A stretch of DNA of 64,000 nt from an uncultured Dehalococcoidia bacterium (GCA_958296385.1 OY282494.1:2622981-2686980); one strand, 5' to 3'; numbered from the stretch's first letter, positions 48,708 through 57,878 are shown. Notes: generated by a model from the sequence alone, not told the origin. Translations and numbers: made by a program.

Positions 48708-49475
48708 ATGCCACGCCCCCGCCAATCCACCGCCGCCACCACCACCGCAGCATCGGCCCGCACGCCGCCGCCCAACGGCTCCGAGCGCCTGTCGCCCGTA
48801 ACCGAGAACTACCTGCTGTCCCTCTACAAAATGTGGGAAGTCGCGGAATCGCCCACCCTGACCCAACTCACCGAGGCGCTGCGCCAGCTGCCGCCTACCG
48901 AGGGCTTGGGAACGTCGGTGCCGTCGGTTGCCGGGATGCTGCGCCGGATGGAGAAGCAGGGACTGGTCGCCGTCGGCAGCGACAAGCGCATCCGGATGAC
49001 CGACCGGGGCAAGCAGGAGGGCGAGAACATCGCCCGCCGGCACCGCCTGGCCGAGTGGCTGGTCGTGCGCCTGCTGGGAATGGAACTCCACCAGGCCCAT
49101 ATCGAGGCCCACCAGCTGGAACACGGAATGTCCTCCGCCCTGGTAACCCGTCTGGTCGAGCAGCTGGACAATCCGACACATTCGCCCTTCGGCTGGCCCA
49201 TCCCCGGCAGCGGCGCAGCGTCGGCAACGCCGGGCGCCGTCACGCTGGACAACGCCGCCAGCGGCGCACCCTACGTGGTTGACCGGGTGCCGGAGGAGAA
49301 CAGCGAACTGCTGCGGTTCCTGGACGGCGCGCGGCTGGTGCCGGGCTGCCGGATGACGCTGCTGGAAGTGATGCCCTACCTGGGCGTGCTGCGGGTGGAA
49401 ACGGGCGTTGACCAGGTATCTATCGGCTACGACGTGGCCAAACAGATTGTAGTACGACCCGCCGAGGCCGAGTGA
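48708..49475 (+). CDS. DtxR/MntR-family metal-dependent transcriptional regulator with C-terminal FeoA/SH3-like domain
   Basis: TENYLLSLYKMWE...VAGMLRRMEKQGLV (wHTH), RHRLAEWLVV...HIEAHQLEHGMS (metal-site helix pattern). The C-terminal APYVVDRVPEE...LVPGCRMTLLEV is FeoA-like. Confidence 0.8.
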   Translation: MPRPRQSTAATTTAASARTPPPNGSERLSPVTENYLLSLYKMWEVAESPTLTQLTEALRQLPPTEGLGTSVPSVAGMLRRMEKQGLVAVGSDKRIRMTDRGKQEGENIARRHRLAEWLVVRLLGMELHQAHIEAHQLEHGMSSALVTRLVEQLDNPTHSPFGWPIPGSGAASATPGAVTLDNAASGAPYVVDRVPEENSELLRFLDGARLVPGCRMTLLEVMPYLGVLRVETGVDQVSIGYDVAKQIVVRPAEAE

Positions 49476-51112
49476 CTTCGGGAGACCGCTTCGGGTTAAT
49501 CCCCCGCGCTCCGTTGGAGTGGCTGTTTGAGGGACAAGCCCGCCCGCCCGTAGTCGTGTGGGCGCCGGCCGCCGTAGTTGCCGCCCTCCTGCTGACCGCC
49601 CCGCTGTACCTGGCCATCCGCACGCTGGGCGCCGGCCCGGACGCCGCCGACCTGATATTCCGCGCCCGCACCCTCTGGGTGGTTGTGCGAACCATAGCGC
49701 TGATGGCAACCGTAATGGCCGGCTGCATCGCCATCGCCGCGCCGCTGGCCTGGCTTACCGTCCGCACCGACTTGCCGGGGCGCGGTTTCTGGCGCGTCGC
49801 CACCATGCTGCCGCTGGCGCTACCGTCCTACATCGTCGGCTTCACCGTCGCCGTCGGCCTGGGGCCGCGCGGCATCCTGCAAGGCTGGCTGGAGGCCGCC
49901 TTTGGAATAGAGAGCATCCCCAGCATCTACGGTTTCCCCGGCGCCGCCTTTACCCTCATCATCATCAGCTTTCCCTACGTACTGCTCCCCGTCCGCGCCG
50001 CCCTCTGGAATCTGGACGTTTCGCTGGAGGAATCCGCCCGCGCTTTGGGACGGGATCGCTGGCAGACTTTCCGCAGCGTTACGCTGCCGATGCTGCGGCC
50101 GGCGATTCTGGCCGGCGGCTTGCTGACCGCCCTGTACGCGCTCAGCGACTTCGGCGCGGTGGCCATTATGCGCTACGAAACCTTCACCTGGAGCATATTC
50201 GTCCAGTACGGCGCCGCGCTGAACCGCACGCTGGCCGCCGCCTGGTCGCTGGCGCTCATCGTGCTGGCCCTGGGCGTGGTCTGGGGTGAGAACGCCGCCC
50301 GCAACACCGGCGGCGGCCGCTACTACCGCAGTCGGGGCGGGGCGACGCAGCGGACGGCGCCGGTTCCTCTGGGACGCTGGCGCTGGCCCGCCCTGGCCTA
50401 CTGCGCCAGCATCGTCCTGCTGGCGCTGGGCCTGCCCCTGGCCGTGCTGCTCTACTGGACGATACGCGGCGTCACCGCCGGCGAGCCGCTGGAACTGCTC
50501 TGGCGCGCGGCGGCCAACTCCATGGGCGTATCGGCGCTGGCGGCCATCCTCACCGTGATTTGCGGCGCCCCCATCGCGGTGCTGGCGGTGCGCTACCCCG
50601 GCCGGTTCAGCCGCTGGCTGGAGCGTCTGGGCTTCGTCGGTTTCGCGCTGCCCGGCATCGTCATTGCCCTCGGCCTGGTGTACCTCGGCGTCAACTACGC
50701 GCCCTGGCTGTACCAGTCGCTGGCCATGCTCGCCATCGCTTATGTAACGTTATTCCTGCCCGCCGCCGTCGGCTCCCTGCGCGCGTCGCTGGTGCAGGTG
50801 CGCCCGGAGTTCGAGGACGCCGCCCGCAGCCTGGGCCGGCGCCCCTGGCAAGTGCTGCTCACCATCACCCTGCCGTTAGTCCGCCCCGGCATCCTGACCG
50901 GCGCCGCCCTGGTATTCCTGCTCACGATGAAAGAGCTGCCGGCCACCCTCATATTAAGCCCCATCGGATTCACCACGCTGGCCTCATCCATCTGGGCCGC
51001 CGCCGAGGAAGCCTACTTCGCCCGCGCCGCCGCCCCCGCCCTGCTGCTGGTAGCAATCTCCTCCATCCCCCTAGCCTGCATAACCGCCCGCGAGGAACGC
51101 CGCCAGGAATAA
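49472..51112 (+). CDS. ABC transporter permease, duplicated BPD-type (iron(III) FbpB-like)
   Basis: 546-aa protein with two homologous halves, each carrying an EESARALG / EDAARSLG (EAA loop) motif. The GTG start overlaps the regulator stop (GTGA). Confidence 0.85.
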   Translation: MTSGDRFGLIPRAPLEWLFEGQARPPVVVWAPAAVVAALLLTAPLYLAIRTLGAGPDAADLIFRARTLWVVVRTIALMATVMAGCIAIAAPLAWLTVRTDLPGRGFWRVATMLPLALPSYIVGFTVAVGLGPRGILQGWLEAAFGIESIPSIYGFPGAAFTLIIISFPYVLLPVRAALWNLDVSLEESARALGRDRWQTFRSVTLPMLRPAILAGGLLTALYALSDFGAVAIMRYETFTWSIFVQYGAALNRTLAAAWSLALIVLALGVVWGENAARNTGGGRYYRSRGGATQRTAPVPLGRWRWPALAYCASIVLLALGLPLAVLLYWTIRGVTAGEPLELLWRAAANSMGVSALAAILTVICGAPIAVLAVRYPGRFSRWLERLGFVGFALPGIVIALGLVYLGVNYAPWLYQSLAMLAIAYVTLFLPAAVGSLRASLVQVRPEFEDAARSLGRRPWQVLLTITLPLVRPGILTGAALVFLLTMKELPATLILSPIGFTTLASSIWAAAEEAYFARAAAPALLLVAISSIPLACITAREERRQE

Positions 51113-51159
51113 CCCAACCGGACAGCGTTGCTGGAATGACCGTGCGGGATAAGCACGGG

Positions 51160-53427
51160 TTAGTTGCCGGCCGCAAAGGGGAACTCTGCTTCCCAGAGGT
51201 GCCCCTGTCCAGGGGCGTACTGGCCGGTTTTGATTGCGGAAATGTCGTATTCCGGGAGCGGTATGCTCGCCAGGCATTTGCCGCTGAATATCGTGCCGTG
51301 CCCGGAGAAGGCGAAGTCAAGGTTGTCAAAGCCGTATCGCTTGCGGTCGTCGGGGAGAGTATTCGGATCAGTGGGGATGACGTGCAGAAAGAACCGCGCT
51401 TCCGTGTCGGCGCGGACGCACGGCGCTTTGGCGTAGGTCAGCGTGTTCTCGCTGAGATAGACGTCAAAGGTGGCGCGGATTACGGGTTCTCCGGATACGA
51501 ACGTCTCGTAGTCGGAGCGGGCCGTCGCAACGCCGAACTCTTTAATCGCTTTGCCGTTGGCAATCAGAAAGACGCTGAGTCTTCCGCCGCTATAGACCTG
51601 CTCAGCCGAAACTTGCTCGCCCAGCTGTCCTATCCCCACTAGCGGGCTGATGGCGTCCGTCTGAACCCGATGCGTTGTGCCGTTCTTTTCGTAGGACACA
51701 TAGGCGCGCAGGAACTTGCCCGTGTCTGCGCCGGTTGGGGTGTACCGGTATTTGCGAGCATCAGCGATGTCCGTCCAGGTGGCGTCGTCGGGCGTATTAG
51801 GGACGCCGGGCCGGGCGTCGGCCCGCTGCCAGCGCCAGCGACTTGCCGGGTTGTCGTCAACCCGGTGCGGCTCGTCGTTAACCAGGTAGGCGATAAAGTT
51901 GGCGCCCTCTCTACGCCACTGCGCCTCGTTCGCGCCAGCAGCCCCGGCATTGTCGGGCGGTATCGTCCCTATTAAGTCGGATGGGTACACCAGAAAGATT
52001 CTATTTGGGACATTGGGGAGCGAGTCGACCAAGTTGACCATCTCCCGGTTACACGGTTCATAGGTGTCCCAACATTCTGTCTTTCCATAGAGGTAGTTGC
52101 CCGGTTTTGCATCTTGGTAGAACTGCATAGCAGCGACGGCACGGCTGGTTACGAAAACAACGTCGTCGTCTGCAACGCGTTCATCCAGAAAAGAAATAAC
52201 GGCCTTAGCGTTTTCCCGCGTCTTATAGGGACTGTCTAGCCGGATGTCGACCACTCCGGCCAGCGCAATTGCGCCGGCGGCGGCAACAGCCAACGCCGGA
52301 ACCGTCCAAGCCCGCCGCAACAGTCCGGCCAGGCTAACCGCCGTCCAATGGATGGCAACGCCGGCGGCCAGAAAGATGACCGGCCCCAGATAGAGGTTGG
52401 GCCGAAACTTGCCCAGCGGATAAACCGTCAGCAGGGCGGCGATGATGGCGATGCCCACGGCCAGCAGGGCCAGCGTTGCAATAGCGTCCAGTCGCTGCCG
52501 CCGCCATAGCGATACCAGCAGCATCAGCGCAAACGCCCCCACCGCCGCCACCGCAACGGCCGGCGGCAGGTGCCAGTTCAACATCATCCAGGTGCGCGAA
52601 ACCGCAAATCCCAGAATGTCGGCAACGTCAAACCCGCCTTGATAGTAGAAGCGCTCATAGCCGTCCCAACCCCCGGCCCGCCACTGGTAAATCACCGTAA
52701 CCGCGCCACTGATAACGCACCCCGCCAGCAAACACCCCGCCGGCCAGACCAGTGCGATGCGCTGTCCGAACCAATTACGAATCCGGCTGCGGTACGAATC
52801 CGATTCCGATTCTGGCCCGGCCAAAGTCGGGGCGGGCAAAATCAGAGCGGCGCCCATCACGGCGATGCCGAACAGGACCAAACCGTACTGGAGCAGCGGC
52901 GCCACGAACAGCGCCGCACAGAGCAGCCCCTTGCGCCCGTCCCGCAAATACCACAGCAGCCCGACTATTAGCAGCGTAGCCAGCAGTGCATCAATGGAAT
53001 ACTCCCGCGCATCCTGGGCGTGCTTTATCGCGGCAACCGAAAGCGTCGCCAGCAGAGCCGCCAGAAACGCCGCCCACCGGCTCACCCCAAAGCGCGGCAG
53101 CAGAAAGAGCATCACCCCCACCGTCAACACGCTGGCTATCGCCGGCAAGATGCGGATGCTGAAAGCCGAGACATCCACCTTCTGCACCGCCCACAGCGCC
53201 AGTGGGTACAGTATCGGCGATGAGTTCCGCGCGCGGGTATTGGAGACTACCTCCGCGAGTGAGCCCTTGGAATTAGCGGCGGCAACCGCCTCGTCATACC
53301 ATACGGAGTTCCCCGTCAGGTCGTAAAACCGCAGCCCCGCCGCCACCAGCAGCAGGCACACCAACGCCGCCAGCGCCAGCCGTTCCCGGGTAATTCGGAT
53401 GGAGAAAGATGGGATGGGGATGCTCAT
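51160..53427 (-). CDS. ArnT/PMT-family (GT39/GT83-like) membrane glycosyltransferase with a large C-terminal extracytoplasmic domain
   Basis: N-terminal LRFYDLTGNSVWYDEAVAAA...SPILYPLALW (the DE motif in the first loop) followed by many TM segments. The C-terminal ~300 aa are soluble. Confidence 0.75.
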   Translation of the reverse strand: MSIPIPSFSIRITRERLALAALVCLLLVAAGLRFYDLTGNSVWYDEAVAAANSKGSLAEVVSNTRARNSSPILYPLALWAVQKVDVSAFSIRILPAIASVLTVGVMLFLLPRFGVSRWAAFLAALLATLSVAAIKHAQDAREYSIDALLATLLIVGLLWYLRDGRKGLLCAALFVAPLLQYGLVLFGIAVMGAALILPAPTLAGPESESDSYRSRIRNWFGQRIALVWPAGCLLAGCVISGAVTVIYQWRAGGWDGYERFYYQGGFDVADILGFAVSRTWMMLNWHLPPAVAVAAVGAFALMLLVSLWRRQRLDAIATLALLAVGIAIIAALLTVYPLGKFRPNLYLGPVIFLAAGVAIHWTAVSLAGLLRRAWTVPALAVAAAGAIALAGVVDIRLDSPYKTRENAKAVISFLDERVADDDVVFVTSRAVAAMQFYQDAKPGNYLYGKTECWDTYEPCNREMVNLVDSLPNVPNRIFLVYPSDLIGTIPPDNAGAAGANEAQWRREGANFIAYLVNDEPHRVDDNPASRWRWQRADARPGVPNTPDDATWTDIADARKYRYTPTGADTGKFLRAYVSYEKNGTTHRVQTDAISPLVGIGQLGEQVSAEQVYSGGRLSVFLIANGKAIKEFGVATARSDYETFVSGEPVIRATFDVYLSENTLTYAKAPCVRADTEARFFLHVIPTDPNTLPDDRKRYGFDNLDFAFSGHGTIFSGKCLASIPLPEYDISAIKTGQYAPGQGHLWEAEFPFAAGN

Positions 53428-53578
53428 TCGCGTTCTATCAAGGGAATGTCCGTTTTGGGCCTAGCCATTCTACCATTCCCCCCGGTCATTCTGCGCTGCG
53501 CTCCGGCGATAAATCATGCCTGGCGCGGCACGGCAAACCCGGGTTAACGGGCCGGCGTAAATTGCGCTATGTCGGCTA

Positions 53579-53609
53579 TTGACAAAATGATTAGGCTATA
53601 CTAATTTAT
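53579..53609 (+). promoter_or_regulatory. Candidate promoter (TTGACA) overlapped by a DtxR/IdeR-box-like sequence
   Basis: TTGACA at 53579-53584. TTAGGCTATACTAATTTAT (53591-53609) matches 13 of 19 positions of the TTAGGTTAGGCTAACCTAA iron-box consensus as I recall it. Lies in an A/T-rich divergent intergenic region. Confidence 0.35.
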
Positions 53610-53615
53610 AGTAGG

Positions 53616-53653
53616 CATATCAGCGATACCAGAGATTACGGTATGCTGATATG
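53616..53653 (+). promoter_or_regulatory. 14-bp inverted repeat / hairpin in the leader of the iron-binding-protein gene
   Basis: CATATCAGC(G)ATACC - AGAGATTAC - GGTATGCTGATATG: perfect pairing apart from one bulged G. Confidence 0.5.
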
Positions 53654-53789
53654 AAAACAATCGGGGGGTTGCTATAGCGGCAGTAGCCCTCCGATAACCC
53701 GCCCAATCCCGGGCAACCGGCCTTGTCGGACCCTCCTCCCGGCAAGGCCGGAATCAGCAGGCCGCCGAACCGTCAAACGGGAGAATCCA

Positions 53790-54962
53790 ATGGAGAATCC
53801 AATAATGAATAGCATATCGCCCCGCAGCCTCCGGGCTGTCCGGTTGCCGGTCGTACTGGCGCTGTCGCTGTTGGCGCTGTCGCTGATTGGATGCAGTGGA
53901 GCCGGTTCGCCGCCGGCGCCGGCGCCCGCCCCAACGTCGGTTCCGCCCACGCCCGCGGCGGAACGGGAGCCCACCATGCCGGCGCCCACCAGCACCCCGG
54001 TTCCGCCCACGCCCACGGCGGAACGGGAGCGCACCCTCATCGTGTACTCCGGCCGTTCGCAAACCCTCGTTGACCCGCTGCTGGAATCCTTTGGCGCGCA
54101 GACCGGCGTCACCGTTCGGGTCAAGTATGCCGGCAGCGCGGCCACGGCGGCGACGCTGCTGGAGGAGGGCGACAAAACCCCGGCCGACGTGGTGTTTATG
54201 CAAGACCCCGGCTCGCTGGGCATCCTGGCCGACGCCGGGATGTTTGCCCCGCTGCCGTCGGCAACGCTGGACAAGGTTGACCCCAGGTTCCGTTCTCCGG
54301 CCGGCCTGTGGGTCGGCACGTCGGGCCGCGCCCGCACCGTCGTCTATAACACCGACGCCATCAACCCGGCAACCGACCTCCCGCCGTCCATCCTGGACTT
54401 CACCAAGCCGGAGTGGAATGGCCGGGTCGGTTGGGCGCCGCGCAACGGTTCCTTTCAGGCTTTCGTAACCGGCCTGCGCGCGCAGCTGGGCGAGGACGCC
54501 GCCCGCGCGTGGCTGGTGGGAATGCGGGACAACGGCGCAGTGGAATACCCCAAGAACACCCCCATCGTGGCCGCCACCGCCGCCGGCGAGGTGGACGTGG
54601 GCTTCGTGAACCACTATTACCTGGAACGGTTCCTGGCCGAGCAGGGGCCCGGTTTCGGCGCGCGCAACTACTTCATCGGCAACGGCGACCCCGGCGCGCT
54701 GGTGCTGGTGGCCGGCGTGGGCATCCTGTCCGCATCGGATAACCGGGATGTCGCCGCGGAGTTCGTGGACTTCATGCTGTCGGCCACGGCCCAACAATAC
54801 TTCGCCTCGGAAATCAGAGAGTACCCGGTAGCGGCCGGCATAGCCCCCGCCGGCGAGCTGCCCCCCCTGGAATCCCTGAACCCGCCCAACGTTGACCTGG
54901 GCAGTCTGAGCGACCTGGAGGGCACCCTGAAACTGCTGCAAGAAACCGGCGTACTCCCGTAA
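53790..54962 (+). CDS. ABC transporter substrate-binding lipoprotein (iron(III) FbpA/AfuA-like, family 1 SBP)
   Basis: Signal peptide with lipobox LSLIGC, a duplicated PT linker (PTPAAEREPT / PTPTAERERT), then LIVYSGRSQTLVDPLL...VVFMQDPG..., typical of ferric SBPs. Confidence 0.85.
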   Translation: MENPIMNSISPRSLRAVRLPVVLALSLLALSLIGCSGAGSPPAPAPAPTSVPPTPAAEREPTMPAPTSTPVPPTPTAERERTLIVYSGRSQTLVDPLLESFGAQTGVTVRVKYAGSAATAATLLEEGDKTPADVVFMQDPGSLGILADAGMFAPLPSATLDKVDPRFRSPAGLWVGTSGRARTVVYNTDAINPATDLPPSILDFTKPEWNGRVGWAPRNGSFQAFVTGLRAQLGEDAARAWLVGMRDNGAVEYPKNTPIVAATAAGEVDVGFVNHYYLERFLAEQGPGFGARNYFIGNGDPGALVLVAGVGILSASDNRDVAAEFVDFMLSATAQQYFASEIREYPVAAGIAPAGELPPLESLNPPNVDLGSLSDLEGTLKLLQETGVLP

Positions 54963-55136
54963 CGTCCGGCAACGGCGCGGGCGCACGCAACTACGGATAA
55001 AGCGCCGATGACGTCCGCAGTGAATACGCCCGCTGTCGTAAATAAGTGTTGACACAGCATCCGCTTAAGAATATCCTGACGGCAGGATGCTATGCGAGCG
55101 GATACCGGGTTTGCGGATACCGGATTGGGGGAGCTG

Positions 55137-55361
55137 ATGTTTCTGTGCGTGTGCAAGGCGGTACGGGTTTCCGAGGCGGTCGCGGCGGCCAAAGCCGGCA
55201 TCGATTCGCCGGAATCAATACGGGATTTTTTCGGCTTTGACGACGACGAATGCTGCGGCCGCTGCGCCGTTCACATCGAGTCGGTAGCCGCCCGCGTCCA
55301 GGTCGAGTTGAGCAAATCCGACAGCATCGTGAGCCCATCCCTGGCGCTGGGCCGCGTCTAG
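55137..55361 (+). CDS. bfd: Bacterioferritin-associated ferredoxin (BFD-like [2Fe-2S] domain)
   Basis: MFLCVCKAV...ECCGRCAVHI gives the CxC...CxxC ligand pattern. GGGGGAG RBS before ATG 55137. Lies immediately upstream of bfr. Confidence 0.8.
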   Translation: MFLCVCKAVRVSEAVAAAKAGIDSPESIRDFFGFDDDECCGRCAVHIESVAARVQVELSKSDSIVSPSLALGRV

Positions 55362-55457
55362 TCCGGCGCTAGCGTCCGGCGCATCGCATCCCCGTAGGGC
55401 CAGCGGCGGCGTGTTACCATTAAAGTAGCCGCCAAATGACCCGAGGAGGAACCTGCG

Positions 55458-55931
55458 ATGAAAGCCAAAGCCGGGGTTGTTGACCACCTGAACAACCTGC
55501 TGACCATTGAACTTACCGCCATCAACCAGTATTTTGTCCAGGCCGAGATGTGCAAAAACTGGGGCTTTGAGCGCCTCTACCAGCGGTTCCACGCCACCAG
55601 CATGGAGGAGATGGAGGACGCCCAGCACCTAATCCGGCACATCCTCTACCTGGAGGGCGTCCCCAACCTGCAACGCCTCAACCAGGTAATGGTAGGCGAA
55701 ACCGTGCCGGAAGACCTGGAACTGAACCTGCAAGCCGAACTAAACGCAGTCAACGCCCTGGTCAACGCCATCACCCACTGCGAACAAGTGCAAGACTACA
55801 CCACCCGCGGCATCCTCCAAGAGATGATTCGCTCCGAGGAGGAGCACGTCGACTGGCTGGAAACCCAACTCGAAACCATAAAAATCATCGGCCTGGAACT
55901 CTACCTCAACCAGCAAATACACGCAGATTGA
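55458..55931 (+). CDS. bfr: Bacterioferritin
   Basis: MKAKAGVVDHLNNLLTIELTAINQYFVQAEMCKNWGF...SMEEMEDAQHLI...EEEHVDWLETQL: ferroxidase-centre E/H residues and the Met heme-ligand context. Confidence 0.92.
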   Translation: MKAKAGVVDHLNNLLTIELTAINQYFVQAEMCKNWGFERLYQRFHATSMEEMEDAQHLIRHILYLEGVPNLQRLNQVMVGETVPEDLELNLQAELNAVNALVNAITHCEQVQDYTTRGILQEMIRSEEEHVDWLETQLETIKIIGLELYLNQQIHAD

Positions 55932-55954
55932 TTACCGCACCACTGAGGCTTTGC

Positions 55955-55992
55955 ACGCCGGCGCCGGAAACGCGCCGGCGTTTGCATTTTGC
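55955..55992 (+). terminator. Intrinsic terminator after bfr
   Basis: Perfect 10-bp stem ACGCCGGCGC / GCGCCGGCGT with a 7-nt loop, followed by TTGCATTTTGCG. Confidence 0.65.
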
Positions 55993-56068
55993 GAATCGCC
56001 GGCTTGACGTGGTGCCGCCCGCAATCCCAGACGTGCGGTCTGGCAGTTCCTGCGCCGGCCGACCTTTG

Positions 56069-56461
56069 CTAGGCTCCCTTCTGCTCCGCTATGGCGTCCA
56101 ACTCGGCGTTAATTCGTTTCCATTTCCACGGGATGGGCTTTCCATGATGGGATAGCCCGTTATAAGTCCGGCCTTGCGGCCTGATTTGGATGATGGGCTT
56201 CCGAAAGCTGTCAGCCATGTCCGTTTCTATTTTGACTCCAGGGGCATTGTGCGTGTCCTGACCAATCAGGACGACTACAACGCCACACGAGCGTATGGCG
56301 TTCCGCGCTTTGGCTTTCCACTCATCATTGGGATACGATTCACGGAGCGAACAATTGCGAATGCGATGATTGGTTTCGGTTTTGGCCTGCCCGAAAAAAT
56401 CGGCCCTGAGCTTGTTGTCTTTGTCGAACTCGAAACTCACAAAGATGTTGAGCGTAGCCAT
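56069..56461 (-). CDS. TIR-like domain protein (DUF1863 / ThsB-like), stand-alone
   Basis: MATLNIFVSFEFDKDN...SCGVVVVLIGQDTHNAPGVKIETDMA...KPIIQI follows the beta-alpha pattern of MTH538/ThsB-type TIR-like domains. AAGGAGA RBS 5 nt before ATG 56461. The gene is visibly A/T-richer than its surroundings. Confidence 0.65.
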   Translation of the reverse strand: MATLNIFVSFEFDKDNKLRADFFGQAKTETNHRIRNCSLRESYPNDEWKAKARNAIRSCGVVVVLIGQDTHNAPGVKIETDMADSFRKPIIQIRPQGRTYNGLSHHGKPIPWKWKRINAELDAIAEQKGA

Positions 56462-56543
56462 TGGTTCTCCTTTCGGTTTCCGCAAAGCGAACCGCCGCTT
56501 TGGTGACATTTGCCGGTGGACAGCGGCCCGTTGGGGGTGGTAG

Positions 56544-57878
56544 TTGTTGGGGGGGTGGTTTGTGGTGACTAATCGTAATCATAGCGGAGAAACGCCGGCG
56601 CCGGCGGCCCGGCCCGGCGATATTGCGCCGATTTCCGAGCGGCAGCTGGCTTTGTTGTGGGAGCGGCGGGCCAGCCGGAGCCGGGCGCTGCGCACGGACC
56701 AGGGCGCGCGGGTTCGGGTGCTGTATCCGGGCCGCCCCGGCGTTACGGCTGGGCCCGATTTCCGCGATGCCGTGCTGCTGGTGGAGGGCGCCGGCCTGGT
56801 GCAGGGCGATGTCGAAGTGCACCTGCGCCAGCGCGATTGGCTGGCCCACGGCCACCAGCGCGACCCCAACTACAACGGCGTGGCCCTGCACGTCGCCCTG
56901 GAACCCGACGCAACGCCGGCGGTTACCGTCAGCGGCGTCATCCCGCCGGTAGTAGCCCTGCGCGCGCTGGTCGATGCCGCAAACGATGACGCCGCTGAAC
57001 CATCCGACGCAACCCGATGCCAACTGTGGCGGATGCTGGCCACTCACGGCTACCGTCAACCGCAGTCGGCATCGGAAATGCGAACTTTGCTGAACCGGGC
57101 CGGCGATGACCGTTTCCTATCCCGCAGCCGGCTGGCCGCAGACTGGCTCGCCGGGCATCCAATCGACCAGCTGCTCTGGGAGGCAATCTGCCAGGCGTTG
57201 GGCTACCGGCACAATCAGCACCCGATGCTGCTGCTGGCGGCCAGTATGCCCATCGCAGCGTTATGTCCGGCCGTGCGACGGTTTCCATCCGAACAGCGAC
57301 CGCCGGCCCTGGCAGCATGGCTCACCGCCTGGGCCGGATTCGGCACGGATTACCGCTGGATGGAACGCTGGCCGCCGCCGGCCGGATTGGGCCTGCCGCT
57401 GGAAACCGGGCAGTGGCGGCTGTTTCGGGTACGCCCGGCGAACCACCCCCGCCGCCGGCTGTTGGGCGCCGCCGCCATCGTCGCGCGGCACTGCGCTGGC
57501 GGGCTGGCCGCCGGACTGTACCGCCGCGCGCTGTCCGGTCGGCCCAAAGAACTAACCGACGCATTGGCCGTGCCGGATGCGTCAGATGGCCTAACCGCCC
57601 CCATCGGCGCCGGCCGGGCCCGGGACATCGCCGTCAACGCCGTGCTGCCGAATCTGCACGCGTGGCGTCTGGCCAGCAATGACCCGCGCGGCGCCGGCGC
57701 GCTGCTGGAACTCTACCGGGCCTACGGCGCGCTGCCGGCCAACGAAATCACCCGGCAGATGACGCAATCGTTGCAGCCGCACGATTGGGGCCGTCCAGCC
57801 AGCAATGCCCGCCGCCAGCAGGGACTGCTGCACCTGCAACGCCTGCTGGCCGGCCAATCCCGCCCGGAGCCGATTTAG
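56544..57878 (+). CDS. DUF2851-family protein
   Basis: ERQLALLWE...LRTDQGARVRVLYPGRPGVTAGPDFRDAVLLVEG...GDVEVHLRQRDWLAHGHQRDPNYNGVALHV matches the conserved N-terminal DUF2851 pattern (G.N...GPDF, VE(I/V)H...SDW..H.H). The start is uncertain: TTG 56544 lies inside a G-rich motif. Confidence 0.7.
   Translation: MLGGWFVVTNRNHSGETPAPAARPGDIAPISERQLALLWERRASRSRALRTDQGARVRVLYPGRPGVTAGPDFRDAVLLVEGAGLVQGDVEVHLRQRDWLAHGHQRDPNYNGVALHVALEPDATPAVTVSGVIPPVVALRALVDAANDDAAEPSDATRCQLWRMLATHGYRQPQSASEMRTLLNRAGDDRFLSRSRLAADWLAGHPIDQLLWEAICQALGYRHNQHPMLLLAASMPIAALCPAVRRFPSEQRPPALAAWLTAWAGFGTDYRWMERWPPPAGLGLPLETGQWRLFRVRPANHPRRRLLGAAAIVARHCAGGLAAGLYRRALSGRPKELTDALAVPDASDGLTAPIGAGRARDIAVNAVLPNLHAWRLASNDPRGAGALLELYRAYGALPANEITRQMTQSLQPHDWGRPASNARRQQGLLHLQRLLAGQSRPEPI

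Noticed and set aside
48351-49709. 452-aa minus-strand ORF across the ABC ATPase, DtxR regulator and permease genes.
   Set aside because: Arg/Gly/Pro-rich low-complexity sequence, antisense to three genes that carry clear family motifs.
53672-55055. Minus-strand ORFs (221 aa and 433 aa) overlapping the iron-binding lipoprotein gene.
   Set aside because: Arg/Gly-rich shadow frames. The + frame has a lipobox signal peptide and SBP motifs.
56069-57878. The TIR-like gene plus the DUF2851 gene, considered as a complete Thoeris-like defence system.
   Set aside because: There is no SIR2, SLOG, Macro or TM effector domain in either gene, and DUF2851 has no established link to TIR signalling. It is kept only as a question in the findings, not called as a system.
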